Assembly (NCBI GenBank): GCA_964019425.1
Contig: OZ025794.1
Coordinates: 62,001-126,000, forward strand
Source of the DNA: Flectonema sp. DT1601
Lineage: Eukaryota
Direction: 5' to 3'
Length of the DNA: 64,000 nt
Made by a program: the position numbers and the translations under genes. This document shows, piece by piece, positions 34,588 to 48,278 of this stretch (within the stretch, counting starts at the first letter, position 1; each line of letters starts with the position of its first letter). The notes under the pieces were generated by a model. That model was not told the DNA's origin, made no database searches, and worked only from the letters and a program-made list of their open reading frames with translations.

Positions 34588-37500
34588 TGCTTCTGGTTAA
34601 GGAACAAATATGAAATGAAATAAACACAAGCAGCCAGTCTTTCCGATTTAACATATTCATAATGTTGTTGTTTTCTGTATTTAAAAAAAAAAAATGTAAA
34701 ACTGAATTATTACTTATTTCTTGAAATAATGAAAAGAACACGTTTTTTTTTTTTTTTTTTTTTCGTATTAAAAAAAAAAAAAAAAAGAAAGAAAGAAAAA
34801 ACGATGATACTGCCGAATGGCGATTCTTCGTTCGTGGTCTTGTGTGTGGAGCGACATACAGCACATAACTGAGATAACCCTTCCATTATATTGTTATGTT
34901 AACGCAAATAAAGGATGGTGTGTTCAGATACCGTCTATCAGACTAGGTAAGAATTAAAATGAAGGGGAAAAAACCGTGGGGGAAAAAAGAAGCAAAAAAA
35001 AGTGAAGAAACAGAGTGGAGAGGTATAGAAAAGTTCCAAAAAAGGAATAAAATTCTTTTTTTTTTTTTTTTTTTTTTTTTTCCCCGTTCATTTCTTTTTG
35101 TTGTAATAATTTGTACTTTTTTTAAAAAAAAAAAAAAACAATAGCTTACTAAGGCAGACCTCCATCAGAGTAGAGGAAAGCTTAATAGAGCTCAATTTTT
35201 TTTTTTTTTTTTTTTGAATCTGAAATAAATCATAGAAAGGGAGAGACAAGACAAAAAACTAATTCGACCTAACATGCAAGCAAAGGGGTTGAAGGCTTTG
35301 GAACTCTACTAGAGACTTGTAAGGCTATAGGGACAGAATTTGACCAAGGAACCAATATTACAGATGTTTTTTTAGTCCGCCTTCCTTTTTTTTTTTTTTT
35401 TTTTTTTCGTAGAAATTTGCAGTGATCAGTACATAGCAAAGTACATCACAAACAAAAAACAAATACAAAAAAAAAGCGAATTCTCATAACCTTAATTAAT
35501 ATAACAAAGCTGTAATAACCGTGCGATTTAAACCACACAAGGTTTAGAGAAGAAATAGACAGGGGAAATTCAGACCTACCCGAAAAAAAAGTGATGTACC
35601 ACGATTTCATTATCGTCCCAAACCAAAAGGGACGACTACAACTACAAGTTGCAAAAAGGGTAAACAAATAGGGTTAAGCGTAATTAGTAAACGTATTAAG
35701 ATGAATCCTCAAAAAAAAAAAAAACTATAACACTCGCGACAACTGGACATGCAGCACAAAATATTGTTTTGTTTTGTTTTTTTTTTTCCCTCCCATCTTT
35801 CATCCCAACACGAAAAGTTTATTACCCTTTTTTTTTTTTTTTTTTTTTTTTTTCCCGCCTTAACAAGGAAGTTTTAGTGCCAAATTGTGATTGAATTGTT
35901 TTTCATAGAAACAGAAATAATCATAAGAGGTACGTGTGATCTCACAACAAGAAATGGTGATGCCGTTACTCAACAAACACCGTTAGCTCAGTAATAGAAT
36001 AAAATAGAGACAGAGAAAACAGATAAAACTTGTACTTGAAAAAAACTAAATGGGAGAAGGGGGAAAAAAAAAATTTAAAAAAATACACGTTTTCCCTTCG
36101 CAACATAAAAACGCTCAGCTATACAACTTGCCTTGGCGATGCCAGGTGTCCTAAGGCAGCTCAGTGAGAGCTAAGTGTAAAAACCTGTTCGAAACGTCAG
36201 TACCGACCCACGTTAGTCATACACTACTATGCAGACGCCTGTCGGCTACAAGAGGGAGGACTAAAATGCAAGAAAGCGTATTAATAGCGTTCACATCATT
36301 TTCTTGAAACTCAACCGTTATAGCTGACAAGGCACACTACCAGTAAGGGGGGTGAAAAAAAAAAAAAGTGCAAGAGAAAAAAACACCTAGGGTAACAAGG
36401 ACAAGAAAAACCCATCGCCTAACCACAAACTCACAAAAGTTAGTTGCGGTCCATACCCTATATATCTAGCTAGATATTTTGGTAAAGTTGGATGGCAGTC
36501 GACTTAATTAGTTCAGGGTACCTCTTGCACCCTCTCCATGAGATTTTTATAATCCAATTAAATAAAATAAAATAAAAAGAGGAATCGTCAGTAGTAACCC
36601 AACAGTCAAGCTGGGATAAACAACGAAGCCAATTTGCTATGAAAAAGTAATTATTTTTTTTTTTTTTTTTTTCCCCTTCCGGGACTTCACATTTTGTTTG
36701 CTTCTGCTTTACTTTTTTTTTTTTTTTTTTTCTTGGTTGTATTTTTTTTGTTATTGTCAACATAAACATAACTAAAAAAAGAAAACTCTGCAGAGAAAAA
36801 AAAAGAAAAAAAAAAGAGAAATAAAATTTTGCGGGTTCAAATATTCATACTACTCACGCATACCTAATTATTGCCGTCTTCAACAACAATGCTGGTCATT
36901 CCGCTGTTATACTTCTTGTTTTTTTTTTTTCTTTTTTCCCATGCCGCAGGAAAGCTCTAAGGGGTACTAGAGAAAATGTATCACAAAAAAAGTGTTATCC
37001 GTGCATGGTGACCAAGCAGGTATTATTGGTTGATTGAGAATTGTGTTTAAAAAACATATTAAGGAAAGTAAAATGATAAATAAAAAAGAAACTTTAGAAA
37101 TAGTTAATATTTTGGTTTTTCTTTTTTTTTTTTTTTAAAAAATGGATTTCATTATTTTTTACCAATTATACCTTTTTTTTTTTTTTTTTTTTTTTCACCT
37201 CATATATTTTGGTTTTTTTTTTTTGTTCGATTTAAAAAAAAAAAAAAAAAATAGATAGTATACTGCTTGAGTTGCCCCTTAACTTAACAAAAAAAAGACA
37301 AAAGTAAGTGGGGAAAGTAACTGAAAGACACAGTGAAAAGAGCCGTGAAAAGAGCCCTTCCTTAAAAGCGAGTGAGCCATAGATGTTCATTTTATTTATT
37401 TTTTTCATTTATGATCAAATCCCAACCAAATTAAAAAAAAAACACCAACGTGGACAAAAGTGATAACAAAACAAAACATGAAACCAAGAAAATACAAAAT

Positions 37501-37591
37501 AGGCATGAAAACGTTGGGCCTTTTTTTTTTTTTTTTTTAAATGATTTTTTAGGAAAGAAAATTCGCTTTTAGAATCGTGAAACTTACGGGA

Positions 37592-37750
37592 TTAATTGTT
37601 TGATTTCGTACGTAAAAATACAAATGTATTGTATCATAAACAAGATAAACAATAATTTAACATTAGTTTTAGATACAGTCGACTAAAGACAATGCTAGCG
37701 TAGGCACGTTTTACGGAATCGGGTTATTCAATTACGAATTAATCCCGAGC
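37592..37750. repeat. Dispersed repeat family C (about 160 bp)
   Basis: Aligns with ~41488-41724 (which has an extra internal segment): GTACGTAAAATACAAA..ATAATTTAACATTAGTT..TACGGAATCG.GTTATTCAATTAC. A 5' fragment lies at ~41946-41976. Confidence 0.85.
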
Positions 37751-38337
37751 CCTGGCTTACGGGGGAATTATTTTCTTTCTTTCTTTTTTTTTTTTTTTTT
37801 TTTTAGTTGAAGTCAGGGAAGTCAAAATCTCTGGGAAGCTCACGGGGGTAACAGTAATTCAGCTGAGACTCTCACAAGCGAGAAGTTAGTCAGAAGTAAG
37901 TGACGACCCTAACCTAACTCAATATTACACAGCCGTAAAACTGTTTTTTTTTTTTTTAAAGATTTTTTCCTGCTCAAAATAGTTAGTATTAAAAGTTATC
38001 AGTCAATCGAAAAAACCGTTAGTTAGTTAAATAGCAACAACGGATTAATAAAAGACAACCCCACCTAACTAACGGTGCATACCAAAATAAAAAAGAGAGA
38101 CAAGTTTGAGATTTAGAGGATGGCAAATATTTTCTTATAGACGTGGCATCGAGCTCATCGTGAATATTATTATCATTACTCAGTTTTTACTTTTTCGTCT
38201 CTTAGGAAAATTGAAATACACAAAAATGTAAAACAACCTTTCCATTCTTCAGACTCTGAATGTTGTCTCTACACAGCAACAGGGAAGACCCGGAGAGCTG
38301 GAGAGAGTATTTCTTTTTTCGGTGTGATTTTTTATTT

Positions 38338-38408
38338 ACTTATTTACGAAGCCTAGGAAGCCAAAAATTAGGAAACGCTCAACAGAGGAAACAGTCAGAT
38401 CGCTACCA
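38338..38408. repeat. Dispersed repeat family B (about 70-110 bp)
   Basis: TATTTACGAAGCCTAGGAAGCCAAAAA..GCTCAACAG also at ~23526-23590 and ~39682-39750; related variants at ~37806-37916 and ~59426-59497. Confidence 0.8.
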
Positions 38409-40493
38409 GTCAACTGGTGACGGATGGCACTCCCTCGCTAATAACTAAAACCCGTTTTTGATAAGAAATGCTTTAAAAGAAAATGAAAAAAATAATATTA
38501 ATAATAAATAACAATAGGCGACTAAACCTACCAGCTGACAACAACAAAAGCAACGTTGCGCAGCGAACTGTATACACAAATAGAAGAAAGAAGGAACCAA
38601 CGAATATAAAACACTCGTCAGAATACCCTTAGTTGGTACCAACAGAGGAAGCCTAGTAGGTGAATTCTCCTGTGACTACAAAGTCTATGAATGTGTGTAG
38701 CAAGTTGAGAAAACATAAATAGGTTTTTAAATACAGGGAAAAAATGTGTTTAAAAAAATTGCACCCAAGCTGTTTAGAAAGATATGCAACACTCTTAAGT
38801 AGGACTTAAACGATAATTGAAGCGTGCTAGCGTCACTTGCAGAAGAAGTCGAGTCCTCCACACCAATACAGAACTGGGAAGGGAAACAATTTTTTTTGTT
38901 TTTTTTTTCTCCCACACGGATGATGCCACTGCTTTCAGACAACATGAACAAAAAACAGTGAAAAATAAAATAAAAGACTCTTTGAAATTCCAACCAAGGA
39001 ATAAGTTGTCGATCCGTAGTTTACCTCGTTGCCCACCAGACAGACTGTGGACAAGTATTATGGAGACGTAATTGCGAAGCATAAGATGAGGAAAGATGAA
39101 ATTACAGGTCGCATAAGATAAATGTAAAACAGAATTAGTTGAAAGTTCTATAGGAAGACACATCAGCATAATACTCTATTGTTAACATAATATTGTCAAA
39201 AGAGAGAGGGGGACTTGGTGGGATAAATAAATCAAGGTTAACACGCAACAAATCAAAATCACATGCTTCAAACTACTAAAGAGAGGGGGGTTTGTGTTGT
39301 GAGTCACGCAGCTACATTATGAATTTATCAAAACACATCCCCAACCAAACATAAACAGCATGAGAGCATTACTGATAATACTTTTAGTGACCTTGATGAA
39401 AGACGACCACAGCAATATTGATGTACCACTCGCATTCATGACCCAGAATAGACAACGCTAAGAGTCATTAAAGACAAAGGAATACATGTATTTCTTATTA
39501 TAAAAAAGCACGTCATAGATGACATAAGATGTTCACCTACAACATAATTCAGCCGTGCCTCAATTTTAGCGAAGTATTAGACCCTTGTTTTATTTCCTTT
39601 TTTTCCTTTTTTTTTTTTTTTTTTTTTCTCGATTTATTGGGAGGTACAAGACATAAACTGTCTCATTCACTCATTTATTGATTTATTTACGAAACCTAGG
39701 AAGCCAAAAATCAGGAAAAGCTCAACAGGGTAACAGTTTGATAGTTACCAACCGTCAGTATTATACACATTGTCGTAATACATAATAAAACAAAATTTAA
39801 TAACACTCTCCAAAGCTGGTTCCTTTGCGAGTCTACGGGGTGAGTAGTTAAAATAAGCATTAAGTTTAAACTGAAAAAATGAAGATAAAGCTTCATTTTT
39901 AGAATAGCAGCATTTTGTGAGTCTACAGGGAAGAGGAGAGGGCGGAAAAAAAAAAAAAAAAAAAAAATGTGACTCTGCACACTTTAGTTCTCGCAGTTTT
40001 AAAAAAAAAAAAAAACTTTTTTTTTTTTTCGAATAAAGTTTCAAATGCAGAGAGCAATAAAAGTAACACAAGGAAACACGGCAAAACACGAACATCAGCA
40101 AGATAGATCAGTCACCCTTTCTACATGAAGAGGGTTACGTAAACCAACACTGCGAAGTCATCTCACTTCAACCCGTCACAAACAAACAGACACACATGTA
40201 TGAGGCAACTAGCCGATGAAATCACAACTTCCTTATCGCTAAAACAACACGGATTTCTTCGAAAGAAAGCTGCAGTTGGGGGGCTAAGCCAACGCAAAGA
40301 ACGACATCTGAGCAAGTAGTTGGTTATGTAATCCAACGTTGCTACGATATTATGAATTGCAATACCCCCCCACATGTGACGGGAGAAAAGAACACTAGTT
40401 TAATTCCCCCCAAAAAAAAAAAAAAAATTTGTACTAGATAAACTTATTGATATTGTCAAAACACTGAAAGTCGGTTGTTGTTTTTTTTTTTTT

Positions 40494-40655
40494 GCATTCA
40501 ACAAGTATTGTAAGAACGAAAAAGAATGTTAGCAGCACACGTAAACCTCCTTTAGCTTTACCAGTAAGTCGGTTCACGGTTTCCTGCACAAACTCACAGA
40601 AAAATCACAGTGTTATATTACTATTTTCTGTATAGTTGAAGATAAAGCCAATTCT
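40494..40655 (+). repeat. Dispersed repeat family D copy
   Basis: Direct match to 60441-60590; flanked by T-runs. Confidence 0.9.
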
Positions 40656-40923
40656 TTTTTTACAAATTTATGTAATCATCGTTAACAAAAAAAAAAAAAA
40701 AAAAGTCCATAAGTTATAAAAAGATTTAGTACAATAAAAAAAAAAAAAATAACATCAATTTGGTTACTAGGAGAGAGAATTTTTTTTTTTGGAAACGTGG
40801 AGCCTGCTTTCACTAACAGAAGCAAAATGAAAGATTAAATAAATAACATGATAACCCTTTAATAAAGGGCAACGTGAACTACTAATTACTTTCCAACTGG
40901 GCCGTCTGCGCAGTGCGCAGTCG

Positions 40924-41066
40924 AAGGGGTGAAACTTTGACAATGTAAAAACAAAATTAATACCAAGTACTTGATTGAAAAATATTTGTAGTTGTTAATC
41001 AAAGAAAAATTACGTTTAGAAAAATGAAAACATAAAAGAGAAAACTATATTTTTTTTGTCTTATTG
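40924..41066. repeat. Dispersed repeat family A copy
   Basis: Shares the GGGGTGAAACTTTGACAATGTAAAAACA start and the core with the 13491 copy. Confidence 0.85.
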
Positions 41067-44000
41067 ACCAGAAGAAGTTGTCGAATCTGGTAATTTTGGA
41101 CCACGTTCTATCAAGTTGAGCGTACCATGCCCCGTAGTCCACACTTAACCGAAGTTAAAAGAACAAAAAAAAAAAAAAAAAAAAAAAAAGGAAAAGGAAA
41201 AGGAAAAAAGAAAAAAAAAACTATCTGGTGGAAATAGAAGAAAATATACAAAAACGCAAGAGGAGCTTATTAAAGAAAACTCACAAAACAATTACAGTTC
41301 TAATTATATTGTTTTGTAATTTTAAACTTTTTCTTTTTTTTTTTTTTGTGAGAGTGAAAACACCGTATTAAAACGAACATAATTATCGTTAATCCAGCTC
41401 CCCATCTCAGTGGAGTATTCATGTACTTCTGTTAAAAAAAAGTTTTACTTTTTGAAGGGAAACAACAAGGGGGGAAAAAAAAAGGGGGTTAACTGTTTGA
41501 TTTTGTACGTAAAATACAAACGTTTTGTATCGTAAACAACATAACGATAATTTAACATTAGTTCTGAGATACAGTGACTAAAGGCAATGTTAGTGTAGGT
41601 ATACACTCTGCAATTGACGTAAATACTTTACATTATAATAAATTCTAACTTAACTGACACATCTCTGTGCAGTGCAGGTACGGAATCGAGTTATTCAATT
41701 ACTTAAATAGCCGTGAGCCTTGGGAAACCAAAACCAGAGGTATAATGTAATACGACGGAGAGTAGGTTTCACCTATTTAATTACTTGTCAATACATAAAT
41801 AATTCTTTTAAAACAATGAACTAGCTTATATTGCCAGTTCGTAGCGCACCACTAGCGGAGTACTCACCTTAAATAAAGTAAGGCAGTGTTATCCAGAATT
41901 CAGTTGGTAAACATGAGGACCGCTGAAACTTAAAAAAAAGTCAAAGGGGTTAACTGCTTGATTTTGTACGCGAAAACAAGAGGGGGATGTATGTTCGATT
42001 TTGTAAAAATAACAAAATAAAAATAACAAGAGGGGGGTCAAAAACGCAATATTTTTTCTTCTCTTTTTTTTTTTTTTTTTTTTTCCCAAAACGCAAGGTT
42101 TATAGCACTAGAAAAGAAGAAAAAAAAAAAAAAGGCCATCTCACAGATTAAAAAAAAGAAAATACTCAACAAACTGGCATCAAGGCGTATTCAGACGCAG
42201 GCTGATATTCGGTTCACCTTTTTTTACTCCCTTACGCGAGTAGTTGAAAAAAAGAAACAACTCCGTTAGTACACCAATACTCATCGGGTTACATTGTTGT
42301 CTACCAAATCAAACTGCAACGACCTATAAGGAAATAATCGCAAAAACAGCTGCAAACAACGACGATCAACGGAATTAATCCAAAGGGAAAAAAGAAAGAA
42401 AGAAAACTCGCAAAGTTTGCATTTTGGGCAAGCGCGGCGGTGGTTCAACAGCGCTGCTGTATTGTAAGGGGGTGGGGAATAAATATATGTGCGAGGGACA
42501 GCCTGCCATCTTATAATGTGCAGTGCGCTACTTAATATAAAACATAAAATATAATTGCAAAAAGGAGAATAATTTGTGTTGTTTTTTTTTTTTTTTTTTT
42601 TTTCCTCTCCCCTCATCTTGAGTGTTTGAATTTGATAGTTTATGCATAAACCAAAAACACAAGAGAACCAGATAGAACATACCACCTTGGAAGCATAAGA
42701 AACAACGGACAGATAAAACAGATTTCTTTTTTTTTTTTTTAACGGAATTCAGTTAGATCCGATACTTACTTTCCTAACAGAGCCAGACTGTAAAAACTGT
42801 GTGGTGGTGAAACACGAGATTAAAATATGACAGAACTGGTGATCTGCAGAAACATGAGACAAGGGTTAGATGATGTTTTTTTTTATTTTTATTTTTATTT
42901 TTTTTATAAACATTCCACAAAGTAATCAGTTAACGATAAATATAAAAAAAAAAAAAAATAAAAAACTTATTTTCTCAAAAAAAAAAAAAAAAAAAGCAAA
43001 GCAAAGCAAACTCTTTACGATAGAAGAAATATAAATAAGAATACCCAAAGCCATCCCAAAGGTGAAAGCAAGGTAACTCTTTTGGTCTTGACTCTTCCTC
43101 CATCTTTCATTGTAGCTAAAGAGTTTTTTTTTTTTTTTTAAATTTAATAAAGAACGTAATTTTAGCAACAACAAAGTGTTTTGAGACAAAAACTCACAAT
43201 CGACACTATGTCAACGTTTAGTGACTACTAGATTTATATTTTTTGAATTCGGAAGGGGGGAAAAAAAAAAAAAAAAAATAGGACTTGTTACTCACATTTA
43301 TCAATAGAAGACAGGTATAGAAGGATATAGGGGGAGAAAATATAGAATTAGCTTTTGTGTTTTTTTTTTTAATCGTCACTATGTAAGAAAAAGTTATTCT
43401 GTTCCATTTTGTTTTTATTTTTTTTTTTACATCCAAAAAAAAAAGAGGAAAAAAAAACGAAACTTTTACCTTAAAATTGACAGGAGTGAATATTATTTTA
43501 GAGTATATATATCGAGATCGGCAAGGCTGGAGAGAGGGGGAAAAAAAGAAAAAGAAAACTAGTTTTTCTCTGCAAAAATTTTGTTGCTGTTTTTGTAAAA
43601 CAGAACTAAGCAAATCAAATGTAAAGCAGTGATACCTTGAGAGAGGGGAGGAGGAGGCCGGTCATACTTTTTGTGTTTGGAAGTCAGTTTAGTCATACGT
43701 TGTCCTCCCATTTCAGCTACTCCCTAATATTGCATTTGGGAAAAAACAGGAATATTTTTTTTTTTTTTTGAGAGGGTTGCTTTAATCAACTTTTCGAAAA
43801 ATTATTAGCGTTTTCAATGCCCTTGGTTGATTTTAGTAATAAAAAAAAAAAAAAAAAAGACCGTTAAAACTCTTGACAGTACAGTGCTTTACTTCATTAT
43901 GCAGTAAATTTCATGAATGCTCTGTGATATCCCTCGCCTAGAAAAAAGAAAAAAAAATCACATCACTCTTTCGTAGAGCAGTCTAGGAGACTCTTGTTCC

Positions 44001-44502
44001 TCCGGAAATACAACACCGAAAAAAGTTTTGATTAGGTAGGGTTGTTACGTATTACCGTCCACAACTAAGGGGACATTTTTCAATCTTTCAAGCATACTTT
44101 CAATAATAAATAAATTTATTATACCAAAAGTTTACTAAAAAGGGTTATATAGTTAGCAAATCCAACAAACCACCGAAGCATCGGTTAAGTAATGTTAGTA
44201 TAGGTAAGGTAAACAGTTTGCAAATGTCGTCAAGACTCTACATTTTAATAAATGTTTCTAACTTATTTGCGTACATGGTTCATCTTCCGCGTGTTGATGT
44301 CCATTGCAGTGAAATAGGGGGGTGATAAAACAAGTAATAAGGCTAAACCTACATATATGACAGAACATTTAGCTAGCTAAAAACACTAGACAAAAAGAAA
44401 AATAAATAAATAATAATGTCAATTTTTTGGCATCCAGAAATTGAATGAAGGGGTCCGGGACCTACGTCAACCCCACATACTTAAACCCGCAGAGCAATAA
44501 TA

Positions 44503-44537
<35 letters not shown>

Positions 44538-47491
44538 CCCTTTCGTGTTCTTGCTAGATAGAACAGTCGTTGTGCAGGTCTTTTGCAGATAAAGCAAAAG
44601 AGAGAAAGAAAAAAAAAAAAGGAACCAAAAATAATTTGTAGCGCCCCTGCAAATCAGCCCTTTTTATGGAATCTTTCACAAACGGGGTCGGGATGAAAAA
44701 AGATATATGGCTGTTTATGCGTAAACAGCTTTTTGGTGTGTGGGAAAAGAAGAATTTAACATGCGCTACAACTAGGAAGAAATTTTTTTAAAAAAAAAAA
44801 AAGATTCTCCTATTTTGTGTTTTTTGAGGTCGTGCGACACATCCATCCAAAAAGTATAAAGTGTAAAAACTACATACTTGGAAGTATATTGCTTTTATCA
44901 TTCTTGATTTTACGACAATGATGACTTTATTTCCACGGTAGGATAACCACACCCGATTAGTAATGTTGTTTTAAAAGACAATATTCGTAAAAGAGAATTC
45001 TACGGTCACTGTTTTTGACTATATGTATTTATTAAGAAAACTCCCCCGAATTACTTCTTTTCAATTTGACTTCAGAAAAAAAGGGGGCAAAAAACATAAA
45101 CGAGGCCAAGGCACTAGTTCAAGAAAACAAGAAATAACGTGTTTTTGTTGTTGATTGCGATGAAATGACTTTGGGGGAAAGGGAGAGTTTTGGAAGAATG
45201 TCAAAGCGTGAAGGGGAACAGAGTTACCAATTCTCGAGACCAACAACGAACTAAAACAGACATAGTAACAGGGTAACTTGAAGGGGGGAAAAAGAAAAAA
45301 AAAATCCATTTTTTTTTTAATAAACTAAATAATTGAAAAAACAGCTTTATGAAGTAACCATATTATGCATGTGGCATGATTCACAACGAGTAGTCAAGTA
45401 CGCTCCAACAGGAGCATCTTAAGCCACTAACGGGGTAAAGGAGATAACTTTTTGAAGAAGAAGGTAGAAACGAATAAAATCAAGGAAAGCAGCAGATGAA
45501 AAAAGTAACAAAAAAAGAAAAACATAAAAAATGGGGAGAAAAAAAAACCGGAGTTTTTTATTCGATGTAAGCAGTGATTAATTAAGCATTGGAGGGATCG
45601 AGATTAGAATTATTGGGGAAAAAACATTTCCCGAGAGAATTTTTTTTTTATTTTTTTTATATAACTATTTTTTAGGAGAAAAATAAACTAAAACACTAAC
45701 ACACCCAACTGCATTACTTATTACAGAGGACCCATGCCAAGGAGACAGTTTTTGATTTTTTTTGGTTATTTTTTTTTTTAAATTCATTCACGCAACACGA
45801 GGAACGAAAGCCCTATTCTAATAACCAAAAAGAGAACAAACAGGGCTTTAAAAAAAAAAAAAAGAAGGCGATAAAGAAAAAAAAGGGGGGCAACCAGTAA
45901 GTAGAGGCACTTTCACCGTAAAGAACAGTCTTTCGGTAACAGCGCAAAATCATCAAATAAATAAGAGAGGAAAAGAGTACGGTGACCGAATAAAAAAAGC
46001 AAAAGCTTTCCAGTAATCATTTAAGCGGCAGCAGATACCTAAATTTCAGTTAAACGCCGCAACTGGAGGTACAGTCGATGTTGGCAACTCGTGGCGTCAC
46101 ACCATTGCAATCTGACGCAATCTAAATAATCTTTTTTAAGGAAAAAAAAAAAAAAGGTAAATAAGAAATAATAAAAATAAAACAATTCGTGCTGAGAGAC
46201 GGGAAAAAAAAAAGAATTAGTTGGCCCTCGAAGAGAGATCCTACCACTTATTTCAGTATGGTAAACACCGAAAGACAGTACTTTTATAAAAAAGAAAGGG
46301 GAGAAGAGAGAAAAAAAAAGAGACATAGCCAACATTCCTTTTGTTTTTTTTTTTTTTTGTTCCCTAATTTCGCACTATAAAAAGTTTGGAGGGGGAAAAA
46401 AAAGAGAAAAAAAAAGAACTATGAAACCACTCGTTTATATAAACAAGGCTCGAAAAAGGCCTGTCGTTTTACAACTAGATTTTCAAGAAACTTGCTTTGC
46501 TTCCTCTCTCCAGGTAAAAACAGTGCTCCTAAGAGACGAGCAATCGAACTCATCAACTGGGCTAGCACCGAATTCAGTTTTTTTTGCGATTAGAGAAGAT
46601 ACACCAGTATAGTAATTTTAAAAAAAAAAAAAAAAAAAAGAAGAAAAAATGTGCAATTGTGGTTCATGTTCGAGAGTGGTTAAATCTACCTTCTCCCTTT
46701 TTTTTTTTTTTTTTAATTAACTTGGACCCACACAGAGATACATTCCTCTCAAAAACAAAAAAATTAGTAAGGAAGAAAAAAAAAAAAAAAAAAGAAAAAA
46801 AAAAGACGACAAGAGGAGTACAAAATTAAAATAAATTAACATAAGATAATAAGTAATAAAAGTATTGTACATCCATCTCCGTAAAGAAAAGAGGAAATCT
46901 CCTACATAAGTCAAGGCTTACATGTGGTTATCAATAAAACCAGTAATTAATTCAAACGAACGACAGAGGACCACAGCCGTAATAGAGGACTCACTCACTT
47001 GTGTGACGACAATAATGTTATCAGTGTGCTGTTAGTTTTTATATTGGACCCTTTTGACAATAAAACATTATCTTAAACCTAATATTGAAAAACACACTCA
47101 CTGATAACAATAAGTTTTCGTGTCATTTGTTTTTTTCGGGAGAGAGAAGAAAAAAAACAGCCTGGTATTCCCTCCTTGAACATGTGGTAAGGACGCCGTA
47201 AAGCTTAGAGAGAGATGACTAAACACGTACCGTCGCTTTATCACAGTCCGTTCGAACTACTGAGAAGAAGGAAAAAAAAATAATAATAACGAAGAATAAT
47301 TTAAACCCCAAAAATAAGTTATAAAATAAAATAAAATAAAAAAAGTGCTGAGAAAGGTAAACACAATAGCTGAATGCAAACACCTCAAAAAAAGAAATCA
47401 TCAATTTTTTTTTGATTTGCAAAACAGCGAGACAATAACAGTGTTCCTGCTATTCTTTATAACACAACCTCGCTAAGGTATCTTAAGGAGA

Positions 47492-47540
47492 GAAGAAGAG
47501 GACGAAGAAGAGGACGAAGAAGAGGACGAAGAAGAAGAGG
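47492..47540. repeat. 12-bp tandem repeat (GAAGAAGAGGAC)n, about 4 copies
   Basis: Visible directly; non-coding context. Confidence 0.85.
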
Positions 47541-47987
47541 AAAAATAAAAACGAAAAATAACAACAATAAGTACTGTGTGCAAGCACAACATTCATTACC
47601 TGGATACTCAAAACATAAAAATATAGCGTGGTAACGAACGGAAGATGCGTTAATGCATACGACGACAGAATGACTATGGAAAAAAAAAATTGAGGCAGAA
47701 ATAAAAAAACATAGTAAAACGCAAACGAAAAAAAAGAGGCTACATGCAAGGACAAAAAAATAAATAGCTCAAAAGATTCGGACCAGTTTTCCCTTTTTTT
47801 TGTTAAAAAGAAAAGAAAGGGAATGATTTAAAAAGATTTTTTTTGTGGAAGGTCCATTGGAAAGAACGATCACGTGAAGGATTCTAACTATTCTTTTTTT
47901 TTTTTTTTTTTTTCATTTCTCATATTAAAAAAAAGTTTCCACAAGAGACCCAAACTGATTGGCTCTTGAAGAAGAAAAAAACAAAAT

Positions 47988-48018
<31 letters not shown>

Positions 48019-48278
48019 CAGATCAAGAGGTTTTTGATTGATGGTCCAAAAATATGCAAGACAAGTTAAATCACAATAAAAAAAAACTAAATAAACATAA
48101 TATTGGGGGGAAAAGAAAAAAAAGACTTTTTTCCGATGCGTTCTTAGAGAACACACGCAGACAAGAAAAACAGTTTTTTTTTTTCCCACAAGATTGCAAG
48201 TCACAATAACAATCAAGTTCAGTCCAACTGCTGAACAACAGGCAAGAAGTACACAAATGACTGCCACCAAACAACAGA

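Noticed and set aside
34600..48270. Numerous 60-135 aa ORFs rich in poly-K/poly-F (also at 3-5, 13-15, 17.5-20 and 51-52 kb)
   Set aside because: Products of poly-A/poly-T runs with no coding signature.
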